A stretch of 63,941 nucleotides of DNA, counting the filler, from Rhizaria sp. SCN 62-66 (taxonomy: Eukaryota): NCBI GenBank assembly GCA_001724265.1. It is 3 parts of 3 records of this genome, joined end to end, with 100 filler letters (N's around TTAATTAATTAA, not from the genome) between each part and the next. Parts side by side here need not be neighbours in the genome. Positions count along the whole stretch, not along the records: positions 28,152 to 55,958 come from MEDY01000394.1; 2 more parts are not named here. The stretch is one strand, 5' to 3'. The translations under genes and the position numbers were made by a program. The notes under the pieces are model-generated. The model ran no database searches. It worked only from the letters and a program-made list of their open reading frames with translations, and was not told the origin of the DNA. The first letter of the stretch is position 1. Each line of letters opens with the position of its first letter. Positions 33,218-45,995 of this stretch are shown in pieces.

Positions 33218-36200
33218 ATGACTGATGTTATTGACCGTGATACTGCGTTTATCATTCGCCTGTGGACCGCAGTGTCGCGCTACGGCCCCGCGCTGCTGCT
33301 GTTTGTGCTGCTGGACCTCGTCTCGCTCGCGCGCCGCGCCGCAGTCGGCGCGTGGCTTGCGGCGTGCTGGGCGGGGCGGCGCGCGGTGGACGGCTCGCTG
33401 TGGCGCGCAGTGACCGCACCGCTGAACAGCGTGTTTCGCGTGTGCTGGGCTGAGAACGAGCGCGCCATTATTGCCATGCTCGCGCCTGAAGCCGTGGCGG
33501 ACCTTTCGCCCGAACAGCAGCGGGGCGATGAGCCCGTCGACAGCGACAGCGAAGACGATCGCCGCCAGCAGGGCGGAAATGTTGACAATGACAATGAAAG
33601 TGGGCGCCATGCAGACTATCCGGCGCGGCAAGAGCAAGCACAGCTACACTCGTCTGTTTCTAGCATCGCTGTGGCAGCCAGCGTGCCTGCTTCAAGTGCA
33701 GCACCGCGTTCGCGGAGCGCAGGCGACGGTGACGTCGGTGGCGTTGCGCGATTAAGTCGCAACCGAGGCAATCAGGGCGCCGTCGGCCAGAGTCGCAGTT
33801 TTGGTGACAGCTGCAGCAACAGCGCGCGCCTGGGCTCCGGCCTTGGCCCGCGTGTTGGCAGCGTATCTCTCACACATCTCGCTTCGCAGTCGCAGTCCGA
33901 CACGCATTTCGAGCGCCAAGTTGATAACAATATCGATCAGAGCGAAGATGAAATCATAATTTACCGAAACCACTCTCAGGGTGACGGTCGCAATGGCAGT
34001 GTCAACCGCCGCGGCGCGCGCTTTTCCTCTGCGCTCGACGTCGAAGCCGACGCCGCCAACGTTGTCGCTGGCGCCGACGGCTGGGGCGGCGTGCTATGGA
34101 CCGCGCTGCCAGCGCCGCCGCTGCTGCGCGTACTGCGCCGCACTCTGCGCCGCTGCGTGCCTCGCCGCCGCATCCGCCGCGCCCGCGCAGCCGTGCGCCG
34201 CGCCGCTGCGGCCGCAGCGCGCGCGGCGCGGGCGCAGGCCATGGCTGTGCTCATGCTCATGCTTACGGTCACAGCCGTCGCCACCGGGCTCGCCCTGGGC
34301 GCCGTTGCTGGCGTGGGCTCTGCTGCTGCGGGCGCGTTCTCGCGCGCGATTAGTCGCGCCGCAGCAACCGCGTTTGCCAGTGCGGACTCACGTAAGGCCA
34401 GCCGCAGTGGCAACAGTCTGTATTCTGATGATGACACGGACGCTGGCGAGGACTACGGGTACTTCTGGAGCTGGCTGCATGCGACAGCCGATGGCTCTGT
34501 CGACTGCGACGGCAATTATTTTTATAGCTACCAAAGCGAAAACATTTGGATTAGCACCGGTATAAGCAATGGCGAGCAAAACTCTCGCGGTACTGGTAAC
34601 GACAGTCTAAGCCGGGCCGCTGCTACAACACCACTTCGCTTACCTCCGGCACTCACGTATGCAGAATCTGTTGTTGGCGTTGCATCTGACGGACTTTCAA
34701 GTAACGCTGCGCCTTCAACTGTGGCGAACAGTCGCTCGGCCGCGGACTCCGCATCTTCATTGCTGCGTGGTCGCGCAAACGTACGCTCTGCGTCTGCCTC
34801 CGCTTCAACGCCAGACATAAGCGCTGCCGAGGATGTTGACAGCAGCAGCAGTGACGGCGATGACAGCTATGACGGCGAAAACATGTTCGGACTTGCTACA
34901 GCATCAGCCTCTGCTTCTTTCTCGCTGCTTGCGAACGAGTCCGCGGCCGCCTTATCACTGCCGCAGTCGCGCTCAATGCCGGTGCGCGCACAGCCACTGC
35001 CAAGTACCGGCAGTGTTGACGACAGTCGTAACCAGAACTTACAACTTCAATCCTCGTCATCACAAATGTCATTGGTTGATTTGTCGTTTGCGTTTTCGAC
35101 AACGGTGCCATCAGCCATGCGTCGCGCGATTGCCGCTGTCAGGAGTCGAAACAACTTAGAAGACGACATGTTCTCCGTCAACGTTCCTGGTGCATCTGAA
35201 GCCGACCGCGGTGCTCTTGTGCGCGGTGTCGTCGTAAGTGTAAGCGCGTCGGCTGGACGTAGCGTGGCCGAACTGTTCGACCTGACGCCGCCCGACCTGG
35301 ACTACCTGGCTCGCAGCAATGCCAACGACAACGGCAGCGACAGCATCAGTGGTGCAATGAGTAGCCACCGCGCGCAGCGCAATAGCGCCGGCAGCGTAGG
35401 CCTCCGCGCTCGCAGCAGCGGCAGCGACAGCGAGCAGAGCGACGACGTGCACAGCCAGGGCAACTTGCTTCTGGGGCTGGCGGCCACGCTGATGGGCCTT
35501 CACCGCGGTCGCGACGCCAACGCCGGCAGCGACGCTGCAAACAGCGGCAGCAGTAGCAGCAGCGAGGTCAGCGAGAGCGAGAGCAGTAACAGCGATAGCG
35601 CGGACGGCAGCAATCGCGGTGCAGGCTACGGTGGCAGAAACCGCAGACTGGGCCTGCGCGGCGGCAGCGCGCTCAGCGACACTGACGGCAGCAACAGCGA
35701 TGCTGCGGCCCGCGTGATCGTGCGTCCTCGTCGCAGCAACGGCAACATGGGCGGGTACTACTACAGCGACTCGAGCGGCGATGACAGTGAGTGGCTTGAC
35801 GAAGATTTTGTTTTCCCCGCCGTTCAACAGCATCAACTGCAGCAGCAGCACTCGAGAGAACGCAGCGCCAGCGCCCAGGACTTGAGCGACAGCGAACGCA
35901 ATGAGCGTCATAACAACAGTCGCAACAGCAGTGACAACAGCAGCGACGAGCGCAGTGTTGAGCTTGAAGACAACAGAGCGCGCGCGCACGGCAGGAGCGA
36001 CGAGCTCAGTGATAGCAGTAGCAGCGGCAGAAGCAGCGGAGGCCGGCGCCGACAGATCAGACTGCCCGCTCACGGCCGCGGGCGCAATGTCGGCTTTAAT
36101 CTGCTGCGTCGCGCGCCTAGCGGCGCCGATGGTGCGCGCGAAGAGCTTGGGTTTGCTCGGAGCCACAGCAACAGCAACAGCAGCAATGGCAGTGACAGTG

Positions 36201-37114
36201 GCAGTGGCAGTGAGGCCGATGGTGAGGCAGCCCCCGCTGCTGCGTCAAACAGCAGCGCCACTGCTAGCGTGGTTACTAGTGATGATGAGAGTGCTGTAGC
36301 GGCGTCGGCTGCTAACGTCTCCGAGCAGCCGCTGAGCTCAAGCCTCGCGAATCTTCAAGACCTATCTGATCCCGACCTGAGCTACGCCGTCGCCTCAGTG
36401 TTGCAACAGCAGCAGCAAGACTCTCAGCAAGAGCAGCAGCAAGAGCAGTCGCAGTCTGGTGCGCAGGTGCAACCCACTAATGTGCAAGTGGGGCGCGCGC
36501 ACTTGTCGCCGTCGATGTTGCCGCCGCACTTGATCCAGACGCAGCAGCAGCGCCTCGACAGCGCCCGTCACAGCGTCAACAGCAGCAGCAGCAGCAGCGA
36601 CAACAATGTCGGCGGCAACGGTGCGTCGAACTACTCTGCAGCGGCCGCAGCGGCAATCTGGGGCCACGGAATCAACGTCAACAACCTTGGCCCCAACAAC
36701 TTCGGCCCCCTCGAAAGCCTCAATCCGCGCGCTGGCAACCAGCTGGTAAACGACAGCAGCAGCAGCGGTAGTGGCAGCGCCAGTGTCGCGGTTGGCGGTG
36801 GCGTGGCCGTGGGCGGGAGCGTGCTCGTCGGCGCAGACAGCCATCGCTACCAGGGCTCGCGGCGGCAGCGCGCGCGCGCGGCGGCCGTGGCGGAGCTGCC
36901 TGTGCACGTCACAACGCGCCGCTCGGTGCAAAAGCTCACTGAGGGTGGCCGTGACGGCGCGGGTGTGTGCGGCGTCTGCCTCGCCGATTTCGGCGCGGGA
37001 GAAGAGTGCTTTGTGTTGCGTTGCACGCACCGCTTCCACGTTGCGTGTGTTGGACAGTGGCTCGTGTGTAAGGGCGCTTGTCCAACATGCCGCGAGACTG
37101 CGTTTGACGTGTAA
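33218..37114 (+). CDS. Ser-rich protein with N-terminal hydrophobic segments and a C-terminal RING-H2 finger (putative E3 ligase)
   Basis: C-terminus CGVCLADFGAGEECFVLRCTHRFHVACVGQWLVCKGACPTCR is a C3H2C3 RING-H2. Ends in TAA. Confidence 0.85.
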   Translation: MTDVIDRDTAFIIRLWTAVSRYGPALLLFVLLDLVSLARRAAVGAWLAACWAGRRAVDGSLWRAVTAPLNSVFRVCWAENERAIIAMLAPEAVADLSPEQQRGDEPVDSDSEDDRRQQGGNVDNDNESGRHADYPARQEQAQLHSSVSSIAVAASVPASSAAPRSRSAGDGDVGGVARLSRNRGNQGAVGQSRSFGDSCSNSARLGSGLGPRVGSVSLTHLASQSQSDTHFERQVDNNIDQSEDEIIIYRNHSQGDGRNGSVNRRGARFSSALDVEADAANVVAGADGWGGVLWTALPAPPLLRVLRRTLRRCVPRRRIRRARAAVRRAAAAAARAARAQAMAVLMLMLTVTAVATGLALGAVAGVGSAAAGAFSRAISRAAATAFASADSRKASRSGNSLYSDDDTDAGEDYGYFWSWLHATADGSVDCDGNYFYSYQSENIWISTGISNGEQNSRGTGNDSLSRAAATTPLRLPPALTYAESVVGVASDGLSSNAAPSTVANSRSAADSASSLLRGRANVRSASASASTPDISAAEDVDSSSSDGDDSYDGENMFGLATASASASFSLLANESAAALSLPQSRSMPVRAQPLPSTGSVDDSRNQNLQLQSSSSQMSLVDLSFAFSTTVPSAMRRAIAAVRSRNNLEDDMFSVNVPGASEADRGALVRGVVVSVSASAGRSVAELFDLTPPDLDYLARSNANDNGSDSISGAMSSHRAQRNSAGSVGLRARSSGSDSEQSDDVHSQGNLLLGLAATLMGLHRGRDANAGSDAANSGSSSSSEVSESESSNSDSADGSNRGAGYGGRNRRLGLRGGSALSDTDGSNSDAAARVIVRPRRSNGNMGGYYYSDSSGDDSEWLDEDFVFPAVQQHQLQQQHSRERSASAQDLSDSERNERHNNSRNSSDNSSDERSVELEDNRARAHGRSDELSDSSSSGRSSGGRRRQIRLPAHGRGRNVGFNLLRRAPSGADGAREELGFARSHSNSNSSNGSDSGSGSEADGEAAPAAASNSSATASVVTSDDESAVAASAANVSEQPLSSSLANLQDLSDPDLSYAVASVLQQQQQDSQQEQQQEQSQSGAQVQPTNVQVGRAHLSPSMLPPHLIQTQQQRLDSARHSVNSSSSSSDNNVGGNGASNYSAAAAAAIWGHGINVNNLGPNNFGPLESLNPRAGNQLVNDSSSSGSGSASVAVGGGVAVGGSVLVGADSHRYQGSRRQRARAAAVAELPVHVTTRRSVQKLTEGGRDGAGVCGVCLADFGAGEECFVLRCTHRFHVACVGQWLVCKGACPTCRETAFDV

Positions 37115-37535
37115 TGCGTAACATTGCAAAACACTGAATATGTACTCCCAAATGATTGATCCTGGACATAATTTTGTGATTTATTTACATGATTTTATGA
37201 TTCTGAATTGAATACACAACGAAATTTGATCTTGTGATTGTCATAAAGTGGAAAGTGCATAGCTGTAGGTTGTTGCAGGTAGCAACATGTTTCATAATGT
37301 TTAATACGACATATTTCTGAAAATGTGGAAAAGTGTGGAGATAAAAAATTAATTAAATAAAGAAACTCTCAAAGTATTAAATAACTAAGTTTTATTGCTA
37401 TATCTACAAATCTCACATCATATATTCGTCAAATTAACATCTTCGGCATTTCGAGAGTGCGAAACGTGACCTGTACGTTTTCTCTTGCTTCTCACCATGC
37501 ACAGTTCGCGCCGATCATCTTATGAGTCGCGTCAC

Positions 37536-38225
37536 TCACTTCTTCTTGTTCCCGCCCTTCTTGACGCCCGCGTTGCCGGCGTTGAACACGCCCTCCATCA
37601 TGGCGGCCAGCTGCTCCAGCTCGGCCGGAGTCGGCATCCCGCCATTGGCAGCGCCGCCGTTGTTGCTGCCGTCGGTGAAGGGGGCGCCGAGCGAGCCCGC
37701 CATGTTGCGGCCCGCAGGGCTGGACAAAAACTGCATCATCTGCTGCAGCTCCGCCATCTCGCTCGCGCTCGGCATCCCGAATGGGTTCGCGCCAGCACCA
37801 GCATTCACACTCGCATTAGCGCTCGCAGCTTTGGGCTTCGAGGCCGTCTTGCCGCTATTGGCAGCGGCGGTGGCGCCCATGGCTTCCAGGTCGCTGGCGA
37901 GGCGCTCCAGCCCCGCGATGCCGCTGTCGTTGCCGTCAGTCGCGCTAGCGGCGCCGCCGGGGAACAACGGCAGACCGCCGAAGCCGCCGGGGCCCGCGGG
38001 CACAGGCGTCGCGGCCGCAGCCTTGGCCTTGGCACCGGCCTTCTTGCCCGCAGACGCAGGTGCACCGGGGAAGCCAGGCGGCATGCCAGGCATTCCGGGC
38101 ATGCCGGGGAAACCACCGGGGAACCCGCCGGACATGCCGGGGAAGCCAGGCATACCCGGCATGCCGGGCATGCCTCCAGGGAAGCCGGGCGGCATGCCGG
38201 GGAAGCCGGGAGGCATGCCACCGGC

Positions 38226-38261
<36 letters not shown>

Positions 38262-41200
38262 ACCGCCCAACAGCGCGGCGAGCCCACCGGCGCCCGCGCC
38301 CGCGCCAGCGCCGGGGCCGCCCGCGGCGCCGCCGCTAAAGAGCGCCTGGAGCTCCGAGAGGTCTCCGAGGTCGCCCAGCTCGGACAAGTCGCCCAGGTCC
38401 GACAGGTCGCCCAGGTCGCCGAGGTCGCCCAGCCCGCCCTCGGCGCCATCGCCGGCCAGGAAGGCCTGCAGCAACGACGCCATGTCGCCCATGCCGCCCG
38501 CGCCGCCGGGCCCGCCGGGGCCGCCGCGCGCGCGGGCCGCGGCGGCCGCGGCGAGCGCGGGTGGCAGCGGGGCCAGCAGCCGCTCGTGGGCCGCGAAGGG
38601 CAGCCCCACGGTGCGCAGCAGCGCGCTCAGCGCGGGCGTCGACGACGACAGCGCCGCCAGCGCGGTGCCCGCCGCGCCAGAGTACACCGCCGCAGGGGCC
38701 GCGGCAGACCTGCGCTTGGCGCCAGCGGTGACGGCGGCGGACGCGGGGGCCTCGAGGGGCGCGGGCGCGGCGGCTGTGACCGAGGGCAGCGCGCGCAGCA
38801 GCTCGGAGAGACTGCGCGCCTCGCTCGCACTGACACCCGCGTTCTTGCTGTTGTTTGCGCCGGCTGTGGAGTTAGTGAGCGCGGTGAAGAGCGAGAACGC
38901 AGGGTCGAGCGTGGGCGCGGCGGGCACGGGGCCAGAGCCCGCGGCCGCGGCGGCCACGGCAGCGTCGACCGCGGCCGAGTCGGGCGGGCACACGTCCGAG
39001 AAGAGCCCCGCGACACGCATCACCAGCGCCAGCGCAGACCCGCTGTTCTCCGCCGCTGCCGCGCTGGGTCCCGCCGCGCTGGGCCCCGCAGCGCCGTTGC
39101 CATTGCCGGTGCCGTTGCTGTTGGAGGATGCGGCGGCGGCGCTGAGCAGCGCGGCGGCGCGCGCAACGACCGCGGGCGGCGCCGAAGCGAGCGCGAGCAG
39201 ACTGGGCGGGGGCGCCACCACGGCGCCGGCGTCGTCGGTGGCCACGGCGACCTTGGTGAGCCCGGCCTTGACGACGGCGCGGTCCGCCAGCGCGGCCAGC
39301 ACGGCGCGCACGGCTTGCGCGAGCGCAAGCGCGAAGCCCGCGCTGCGGACCACAGCCGCGACCTCGGCCGCGATGTCCAGCGCGCGCGCGTGCGCCAGCA
39401 GCGGCAGCGACACCGCCGCCGCGCCCGCGGGCGGCAGCGCGGCCAGCGCCGCGGCGAGCTCCGAGTCCGCGCGCGCCTCGGCCGCGTCCGCGGCGGCCGC
39501 CGCCTTGCTCTTGGTCTTGGTCTTGGGCGCCTTGGGGCCCTTCTTGACTTTGGCGCGCTTGCTCTTGGCGCCGTCGGTCACGATCGCCCCGTCTGTCGCC
39601 GCGCTGGCGCCGTCCTCCTCCTCCTCTTCCTCCTCAGTCTCCTCCTCGTCGTCATCGTCCTCCTCCTCCTCGGCGTCCGCAGCGGCGTCCGCGGAGGCGC
39701 GGAGACGCTTCTCGCGCGCGCGCTGGTCTTGCGTGGCGCGCAGCTGCGCCGCCTGCTCCTGCCGCGCCGCGATCTCGGCCGCGGCCGCCACGAACACTGA
39801 CGGCGCCGTCGCCGCCGTCACGTACACCAGCGGGGGCGCGTGGCGCAACGCCACGGGGCTCACAGCGCCCGTCGTCGTTGTCGCCGTCGTCGTCGTCGTC
39901 GCCGTCGCGGCGGTGGCGTCGGCGGTGGTGTCAGCGCTCGCGAGGGGCTTGTAGCCGGCGAGCAGCGGCGGCACGGCGGCCGACAGCTGGCCCTGCGCGC
40001 GCGCGGCGGCCTCGGCGCGGGCCAGACGCGCGCGCAGCTCCTGCCGCAGCGCGCCGCGGCGCGGCAGCAGCAGCGCCGCAAACGCGAACTGCGAGCCGCG
40101 CATCCGCCGCGCCGCGCGCGCGCATCCGCGGGCCGTCACTAGCGCCGGCAGCGCCACGGGCTCGGAAGCGTTGCCGCTGAGAGAGGAGCTGGAGATGGAG
40201 CTGGCGGGGGCGGCACAGGGCGGGCAGCGCGCGCGGTTGGCGCGGCGGCGCGCGGCGAACTGCTCGCGGCACTCGGTGCACACGAACACACTGCTCGCCG
40301 CAGCAGCATCCGCAGCGGCAGTGGCAGAGGCAGTGGTAGTCGGGCTGCACTGCGCCGCGGCGTCCTTGCTCGCCACACTGGCGCTGGTGCTGGCGCTGGT
40401 GCCAACGGTGCCGTCTGCGCGTGTGAGTTCTTTGCGGAGCTGCGCGGCGCCGGCGCAGCCCTCAGCGTCGAAGGTGCAGTCCAGCGCAAGTCCCAGCAGG
40501 GCCTCGTCGTCGCTGTCGGGGGAGCCCGCGACGAGCTCGTGCACCACGGCGCCCAGCAGTCCACCGGCGCCGCCGGTCTGCGACAGCGATTGGGAGCCGG
40601 CGGCGGAGAGCGATGCGAGCGCGAGCGCGGCAGCGGCTGGTCCAGTGCGCGCCGTGCACACGGGACACCCGCCGCAGCCCTCGCTGTCATCATTTTCGTC
40701 ATCGTCATCGTCGTCGTCGCAGTCGTTCCCGTCGTCGTTCGCAGCGGCGGCGTCACCGTTGCCGTTGCCGTTCTTATCGCCATTGCCGCTGGAGCGAGCG
40801 CGCTTGCCGCCGCGCGCGGCGGCGTCCTCGGCGGCGGCGGCCGCAGCGGCGGCGGCCACGGCGACGGAGCCGAAGGGCACGAGCGACTGTAGCGCGACAG
40901 CGCTCTCACAGCCGCCACCGCCACCGCTACTGTTTGCACTGGCGCCGTGGCCGTGGCCGTGGGCGCCGGCGCCGGCGACGAAGGGCAGGGCGTGGGTGCG
41001 CAGCGCAAGCGCGAGCGAGGCGCAGGCCTCGGCGGTCAGCACCGCGGGCAGCCCCGCCAGCGGCGCCAGTGCCTCCCGTTGCTCGCGGTCGCCGCCGCTG
41101 CCGTTGGCGTTCGAGGTGGAGCGGAGCGCGAGGGGCACCGACGTGAGCGCCGCGACGAGAGGGTGCACGAGGCGCGCCCTGCGCTTGCCAGCCTTGGCGC

Positions 41201-41304
41201 TACTGCGGGACTTGCCGTTGCGGCCCTTCGATGGCGCGGCCTTGTCAGCGTTGTCGGCGTCGCCCTCGTCGTCGTCAGCATTATTATCGCCAACGTCGTC
41301 CCCT

Positions 41305-41342
<38 letters not shown>

Positions 41343-42968
41343 CGTGGCGCCGTCGTCGTCACTGTAGGCCTGGGGCTCGGCGGCGCGGCGCGCGACGCGG
41401 CTGAATAGCAGTTGCGCGTCGACGGCGTCGCCCGCCGCGCGCAGCACCGCCACCAGCGCGCGCGCGCCCGCAGGCAGCAGCGCCGCCGCGGCCGCCGCCG
41501 ATAGCGGCGCATTTGAGGGGGCGCCGTCTAAGGGGCTACTTAGCTGCGGCGCGCGAAGGTCGAGCGAGGTGCCCGCGGCATGCGCGACCGAGAGCCAGCC
41601 CAGTCCGCGCGCGCGCAGCACCAGAAGCGGCGAGTAGACCAGCGCGCTGCCCACCGGCAGCGCCGCCACGGCCGTTGACGCTGCAGGCGCACTCGCGCTC
41701 GCACTGCGACTGTCAGAGCTGCTGCAGTCGGTCTGCGTGATCGGGATCGTGAAGAGAGCGCCAGCGACGCGAGCCTGCGCCTGCGCCTGTGCGTTCGGGG
41801 GTGCGGCGATGCGGGCGAGCGCGTCGGTGGCGGTGCCCGCGGCGCGCCGGCCGTGGGCACACCGCACAGCCACAGCGTTGCCGCCGTTGCAGCCGTTGCC
41901 ACTGTTGTCGCTGATGCTGTCGACGTCGTGCGCGAGGACTGCGGCGACGCCGCGTGCGAGCGCGGGCAGCGTGCTGCGGAGACGGTGCGCGCGCGCCGTG
42001 GCCAGGTAGGCCGTGCCCGCCGCGGCGAGCAGTCCGCGCGCGACCTCGCTCGCGGCCGCGTTTGCCGCAGCCGCCGCGCTCTCATTCGCAGCCGCCGCGG
42101 CCACGGCTGCCGCGGCCGCAGTCGCAGCTGAGTCGTCGCCGTTGGTGCTGCCGTCCGCGGTGGGCGCGGCGGCGGCGGGCGGGGCGACGAGCGTCGGTGC
42201 GAGCGACGAGGCGGGCGGGGGCGCGAAGTGCGTCACGGCGTCGGCGGCGGTGTAGCGCGCGAGCACGGCCGTCTCGACCTTGTGCGTGGCGTACGCGAGC
42301 GCGGCGAAGTAGGCCAGCGCGACCACGCGCGCCACGCCGTGCGCCTTGAGCAGGCTCAGGTATTCGCCGCGCACCGCGGCCGCGCGGGCCTCCTCGGCCT
42401 TGCTGCTGGCCTCGCTGTCGCCGTCCTTGCTGTCGGCGTTACCGGCGCTCGCGCCGGGCTTGGTGGCCAAGGCGGCGGCCGCAGCGGAGGCGGAGGCAGA
42501 GGGCATGTGCGCGCGGATGGCGTCGAAGTCGAGCTGCTTGGCGAGCTTGGCCCGCGCGGCGGTGAGCTCCCTGTGCACGGCCGCCTCGGACGCGCGCAAC
42601 GCGGCCTCGAGCGCGCGAATGCGCGCCCCCATCACCGGGTCCGCGGGCGTGTCCTGCGCGGCGCGCGCGGCGGCCTCCTGGTCGCGTGACGCCTGCTGCA
42701 GCTGGTCCAGCAAGGCCTTGGACTTCATCAGCTCGTCGTACAGCGGGCGCAGCTGGCGGTACGCATAGCCGGCACCCACGAGCGCGGCCGCGCCCGCCGC
42801 GGCGAGGAAGTAGGAGCGATAGCGCTGCCACAACCCCGAGCGGTGGAGCGCAAAGGCGCCGGCCGCGGCCGAGGCGGCCGAGGTGAGCGCCGCCGAGGCC
42901 GGGTTGTCTATGGCCCACTCCGCCAGCGCCGACAGCGGCCGCGTCACGAACGACGGCAGGAACGACAT
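37536..42968 (-). CDS. PEX3: Peroxin Pex3-like protein, greatly expanded (1810 aa)
   Basis: Basic residues followed by a TM segment (LWQRYRSYFLAAAGAAALVGAGYAY), then LAKQLDFDAIRAHM, EYLSLLKAHGVARVVALAYFAALAYATHKVETAVLARY, AAEVAAVVRSAGFALALAQAV and AAVYS, collinear with Pex3 helices. Ends in TGA. Confidence 0.65.
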
Positions 42969-43797
42969 TGGGGCGCACGTGCGGAAAGGGGAGCTGTAGG
43001 TGAAAACAGAAAGGGCTTAAATGTAGGGTCTGGGAAAGAAAAAAAGTCGAAGGTGGAGGGCGGCAGAGACTGCGGCCTTGATGGCGCACAGAGAGGGGGA
43101 GAGGACAAGTCAAGATCAAACAGGTGAGTTTGAAGACCATCCACAAAGTTGTATCGAAACTGACAGATAGGATAATGTAGGAACACATGTCTTATATCTT
43201 AGAATTCAACTGAGAGCGCTATCGTCGGACTTGACACTATCAACGCCTTTGTTTTTGTTCACCCTTCACTCAGCCACACCGCAAAAATCTTGGGGAAGCC
43301 CGTCGGTCGAGTCGCTTTCAGTAAAAAAAGAATCAATGGTGCACTCATTACAGGATGGCATAGACGATCAAGGCACACTGCAAGGCAATATCAGTTCAAG
43401 AAAGATATAAACAGACAGAAATAAAGTGTGCTAGGTCTCAACGAACACCCTGTGTATTCTCATAAATACCGGAAACGGCACTGCACCCGCGCACAGACAC
43501 GCAGCAGTACATCGAAGTGTGATGAGTCGTGCGCATCCACGCACATACAACACCACACCAAAAAAACCGCAGACATAACACACGCACATACAACACCTTC
43601 ACACTTAGCTCTTCATCATAAGATGTGGCGCATATTATCATTTCGTAAACACCTCGTCATTTACGTTTACTTAAACTCCTTTCTCTTGGTTGATTGTCGA
43701 ACGCTTACTTGCCTTCGTCTGTTTCTTTTCAAAACAAAACTCAGCAATCAAGCAAACACCAGTCGGTTAGCTAGCGATCAGCTGAGAGCCGACTAAC

Positions 43798-43980
43798 TTA
43801 CTGGATGGCGGCGACGGCCTTCTTGGCAGCGTCGTCGAGGTTGGTGGCGGAGATGATGGGGAGGCCGGAGTCCTTGAGCATCTGGATGCCCTTCTGGACG
43901 TTGGTGCCCTCGAGGCGGACAACGAGCGGGACCTTGAGGTTGATGTTGCGGGCCGCGGTGATGATGCCCTCGGCGATGAC

Positions 43981-44012
<32 letters not shown>

Positions 44013-45765
44013 CCAGGAGGCCCTTGACCTTGGGGTCCGCGGTCAGGATCTTGAACGCCTCCTCGACCTGCTTGGCAGAGGCACCGCCACCGACGTCGAG
44101 GAAGTTGGCGGGGGAGCCGCCGTGAAGCTTGATGATGTCCATGGTGGCCATGGCGAGGCCGGCGCCGTTGACCATGCAGCCGATGGAGCCGTCGAGGCCG
44201 ACGTAGTTGAGGTTGAAGGCCGACGCGGCCACCTCGCGGGGGTCCTCCATCGAGGTGTCACGGAGGGCGAAGACGTCCTTCTGGCGGTACGACGCGTTGT
44301 CGTCGAAGTTGAGCTTGGCGTCGACGCAGTAGATCTTGCCGTTGGAGGCGAGCACGAAGGGGTTGATCTCGACCTGGGTGCAGTCGAGCTTGATGAACAT
44401 CTCGTACATGTTGGAGATCTGCTTGATCGCGTCCTCGCGGACCTCGGCGGGGAAGCCGAGGGCGTCGGCGGCAGCGCCGGCGGTGGCCGCGGTGATGCCC
44501 TGTTTGTGTGAGCAAGCAAGAGAAAGAGGGAAGCAAAGAGAGATGAGACATGGTCGTGATAAAGCCCGAAACACAGGCGACTTGAAGCATACCAGAGAGA
44601 CTGCAGATTGTTCTTTGTTTAGCGTTGTGTCGTACCTGGTTGATGTCGACGGGGAAGAACTGGATGGCGTTGGGGTCCTTCTCGTGGACCTCCTCGATGT
44701 CCATGCCGCCCTGCTTGGAGACGACGAGGACGGGTCCGCCCTTCTCGCGGTCCATGATGATGGCGAAGTACTTCTCGTCCTTGCCGCCGAAGGAGATACC
44801 CTCGTGGACGAGGACCTTCTTGACCATCTGGCCCTCGGGAGGGGTCTGCTTGGTCACGAGCGAGTGGCCGAGCATGGCCTTAGCGAACTCGCCGATCTTG
44901 GCAGAGTCGGTGGAGAAGTGCACACCGCCCTTGAAGCCAGTCTCGGGGAAGTGGCCCTTGCCACGGCCACCGGCGTGGATCTGGGACTTGATGACGAGCT
45001 CGGCAGCACCAGTGGTGTTGAGCTTGTCGGCAGCGGCCACGGCCTCGGCGGGGGTGGAGGCGACAATGCCGGCCTGCACGCGAACGTTGAACTTGTTCAT
45101 GAGCTCCTTGGACTGGTACTCGTGGAGGTCGAGGTAGCGCTTGGCGCCGACGAGGCGGTCAACCATGCTGGTGTTAAGACCTAAACAGACATAACGAGGC
45201 AGTTACACGCAGTAACAGATCAGGCAAAGCAAACGCGGACGTGGAAGAAACAGGATAGACCGGAGTGTGGTGTCGATGGGCATCGGATCACAGAGTAAAA
45301 AGAGAGATTTAAGAGGGATGGCAATAAAATGTGTGAGTTTAAGCGTGTGCATTAGATGTATAAAAAAAGGATCACGATATAACGAAATCCGGTATGCGCA
45401 GGGTATTGAGAAACGGAAGATATCAGTGCAGAGTTAGCGAGCGGGGATATGGGTCGGGGAGCGAGATGACGAAGGAAAGCGGCGGGGAAACGTACGAGAC
45501 ATCGTCTTGCGAGCGATCTGGCGAGAAAGAGCCTAGAGAGGAGCAAACATCAAGAGCATCACAACCCGATGCAAAGAAGCACATCGTGAGCGGGAGATCT
45601 GGGAACCCCAAGAGAGGCCGAGACAGACAGCGCAGGGTCGGCTTCGGTGGGCGTCGACGGGGTTCACCGGGCTCTTAACCGAGGTTCCACCGCGCGCCAC
45701 AAAAGCTGCCGTGCAAAACAAGAAGCAACAAAAGATGCAAATAATAGGAAAAGAAAACGTACCAT
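43798..45765 (-). CDS. Succinyl-CoA ligase beta subunit, mitochondrial; exons 45765-45763, 45532-45496, 45180-44636, 44499-43798
   Basis: Spliced protein [41 protein letters not shown]...[12 protein letters not shown]...[16 protein letters not shown]...NFLDVGGGA...[11 protein letters not shown]...VVRLEGTN. Three GTACG...AG introns. Ends in TAA. ADP versus GDP specificity not determined. Confidence 0.96.
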
Positions 45766-45995
45766 TGTTCCGATACTCAGACAGTGCGTCAGTGAGGACA
45801 AGGAAGCTCATTTTGACAACAGCTTGACCTCACGGCGGCGCTAAGGGTGCTTCGACCAACCGACCGACCGAAATACATTTTGTTTTTGCGACCATTTTAC
45901 CGTCCACAGTCACCGACTGCCCGACGATTCAGATCATGAAGACTCCCCAACGAAGATCTTTGAGTGCAGGTTAAACCTTCATCGAACCAACAATC
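45766..45995. promoter_or_regulatory. Putative bidirectional promoter region between the succinyl-CoA ligase beta and longin SNARE genes
   Basis: The two inferred start codons diverge and lie only 230 nt apart. Confidence 0.5.

Noticed and set aside
37485-39954. Long antisense and alternative-frame ORFs (771 and 810 aa here; also 3972-6806, 30204-31829, 49821-51395, 60136-61668)
   Set aside because: Shadows of very GC-rich coding sequence on the opposite strand, with no motifs of their own.
30025-45765. Metabolic cluster of PCCB and succinyl-CoA ligase beta (propionate to succinate)
   Set aside because: They are 12 kb apart with unrelated genes between, and no methylmalonyl-CoA mutase or epimerase is nearby. 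Likely coincidence.
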